DNA of 64,000 nt from Blastocystis sp. Blastoise. Lineage: Eukaryota > Protista > Bigyra: Opalinata. Positions 61,435-64,000 of the stretch are shown piece by piece. Both the position numbers and the translations under genes were made by a program. The notes beneath the pieces are model-generated. The model was not told the DNA's origin. It was given only the letters and a program-made list of their open reading frames with translations, and searched no databases. The first letter of the stretch is position 1. Every line of letters starts with the position of its first letter. The DNA lies in assembly GCA_039096225.1 (NCBI GenBank), contig JBBPEB010000024.1, forward strand, positions 496,001 through 560,000, read 5' to 3'.

Positions 61435-62300
61435 TGATTATGCCTCAAATATTCCATTAGAATATATATGTCCATCAAATATTAAAGATATATTCCCTTT
61501 ATTACAAGAATTACATATTACTGGTATATAAATATATATGCATATTATTAATAAATATATTATATAGCAATGACACATTACAAGAAAACTGAACTATTAT
61601 TAAATCCAAATAGTGATGAATATATAATGGAATATATTCGGATATTCTATAGTAATGATTATGAGATACATAATTTTGAAAATTATAATTGTTACACAGA
61701 TTATGAAATGAATAAATATAATAAGAATTCTTCTTTAGATCTTAATAATTTATATTATTCTGAGGATATGATTGATTCCTATATAAAAAGAAAAGAAAAG
61801 AGTGAATTACCGAAACTATATAAATATATAGTTAATGAAGCTATATATACAAATGATTATTCAAATGTTGAAATAAGTGAAACAAAAGATGAAAATACTT
61901 TAAATGATAAAGTTATTATTATATATGATGGTATATCTATTTTTATAAATAAATAGTTTTATTTATTATCATTATATATAGATAAAACAAACGATAGAAC
62001 ATTCTAGTAAATTATTCTATGTTATTTATATTTATATTATGAGCTTATACTAACATATATATATATATATATATACAATAGTATTAATAAAATATTTTCA
62101 GAATATGGTATGTCTCAATTATTACGTCTTTCTTCATATTTTTCTATTTCACAAATCAAGAAAAATACATGTAAATAAATATATATAATCAATATAAATA
62201 TTTTATTTTAGATGATAATTCAAAATATGAATCAATAATTCTTATAAAAGCATTTGAAGAAGGCATTTTTGATTCTTTAACTACATTAAGTGTTGGATGG

Positions 62301-62392
<92 letters not shown>

Positions 62393-62494
62393 ATATAGTT
62401 AAAGAATTAACTCATAAAATGTATAATAATTTGTTAAAAGAAATAATGACAACTCATGTATTTCCTAATGTTACTGAAATCATATATAATGATA

Positions 62495-62567
<73 letters not shown>

Positions 62568-64000
62568 CTTTCCAATTATCTTTATTAAAGAAAGAGTGTT
62601 TCCCAAAATTACATATTATCAATTACGATATTGAAATTTGTAAATTTTTATATCTATAAATAATCATATATTTTTTTAATCCTAGATTCTTGTTCTTTTG
62701 ATTCTTTTTTTCCGATTCATTTAATATCTATGATTGATACTATTCATATACATGAAAATTATTATGGTGTAGATAAGCAATTAGCTTTTTTAGATGATTT
62801 AGTTTATACTAATTCAATTCATATTGACGGAATTGATATATGTACGTATATATACATGTATATATATATATTTAAAATAATAAAACTCTCTATATAATTA
62901 ATTATATTCTTTCTTTTTTTATATAGATGATTTAATTAATAAATTTCCACATTTAGTTGAATTATTCGAGAGAAATCTGATTTCAATTCATAATCTTTCT
63001 AGTATGAACTATTTCTTAAATTTTCTTTATGTATTATGAACTATAATATATACTATATTTTCAATTTTATACAGTTGATTCTTCTGATTTTGAATTTATC
63101 CGAAAGCTATATTATTTTGAAAAGTATACACAAAATATTGATTGCTTAAGTATACAGTTCACAAGTATGTATTCATAATTTATAATAAATATATAGTTGA
63201 TATAGTATTCAAATATTTATATTAAATAATTTATAGATGATAATGATCATAATAATCATAATTATGATGATAATAGTTTTGGTGATATTTTTGGTGATAA
63301 TTATAATCATTATAATGATAATTATAATCAACTACATAAAATTGATATGAGAAATTCGTTAGAAAAATTCATGAAGAGTTATATATTACGAGATCTGAAT
63401 AGTTTAAATGTTTCGTGTATGTTTTACAATATATTATTATTATTATGTTTTATATAATATCTATAGTTGATTATAACGTAAATATAAAGTATTTAGAATG
63501 GATATCTAGTTTTATAAATGACATTAAGTTGAATTCTATTCAAGAATTATTTGTTGACTGTATATTATACTTTAAATCAAATATATATATATATATATAG
63601 TTCATTCTATCAAAACATATGCATCATCTAGTTATTTTTCAGCATTAGAGATAATTGTAAAAAAACTACTTTCCAAAACTTATATTGTTACTATAGAAGG
63701 TAATTATATATATAATTATATAATTAATAATACATTTTTAACTAATTTTACTATTATTATAAATAGGTGATATGGCTTTTATAAATCAATTAATAATGAA
63801 AGGCTGTTTTCATAAGATAAAATATCTAACTCTAAGTATATATATATATATATAATGTATATATCATATTTTGATATCCTATATTTTATTTTTCATCCTA
63901 TTCTAATATAAATAATATTCTAGATATAAATGATATGAATAATGATGACTTTTATCAATTATATACGACGGAAAATTTCCCTCAATTGAAATCTATCACC
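60702..64000 (+). CDS. BTB/POZ-like N-terminus plus degenerate LRR-like repeats; continues beyond the window
   Basis: FTFQDETQLWIPTKVIEKYPQLPF..DGSYYID..MDKVISFL (BTB-like) and recurring FPxL motifs (FPLLQEL, FPNVTEI, FPKLHII, FPQLKSI). Roughly 17 in-phase GT-AG introns. Confidence 0.65.

Overview
Very AT-rich (roughly 20% GC by eye), intron-dense eukaryotic nuclear DNA using the standard code. Gene content and style suggest an anaerobic gut stramenopile such as a basal Blastocystis lineage (inference only). I traced 19 protein genes by hand: C2H2 zinc-finger protein, ELM2+PHD protein, large Asn-rich protein, secreted beta-helix glycosidase-like protein, ureide-permease-like transporter, RPL32, WBP2/GRAM-like protein, divergent ZIP-like protein, coiled-coil/AT-hook protein, DPB4/POLE3, SPO11, multi-domain surface protein, ataxin-2/Pbp1, EEF1AKMT4-like methyltransferase, rhomboid, ECHDC1-like crotonase, organelle-targeted RadA/Sms, zinc-ribbon/Gly-zipper protein and a BTB-like repeat protein. 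There is also one tRNA-Arg(CCT). Most poly-I/L/Y ORFs in the ORF track are microsatellite introns. Three window-wide signals are not explained by the gene list. (1) A GC-rich degenerate palindrome centred on CGCG/CACG/CGTG (e.g. TTCCCGCGGGAA, TAACCGCGGTTA) is strongly over-represented in exons, introns and intergenic DNA but absent from two multi-kb blocks. (2) About ten introns lack GT or AG and instead carry the bases of the spliced mRNA, which points to either an RNA-seq polishing artefact or RNA-templated DNA change. (3) Introns are bracketed by, or made entirely of, self-complementary (TA)n. All coordinates and counts are hand-derived.
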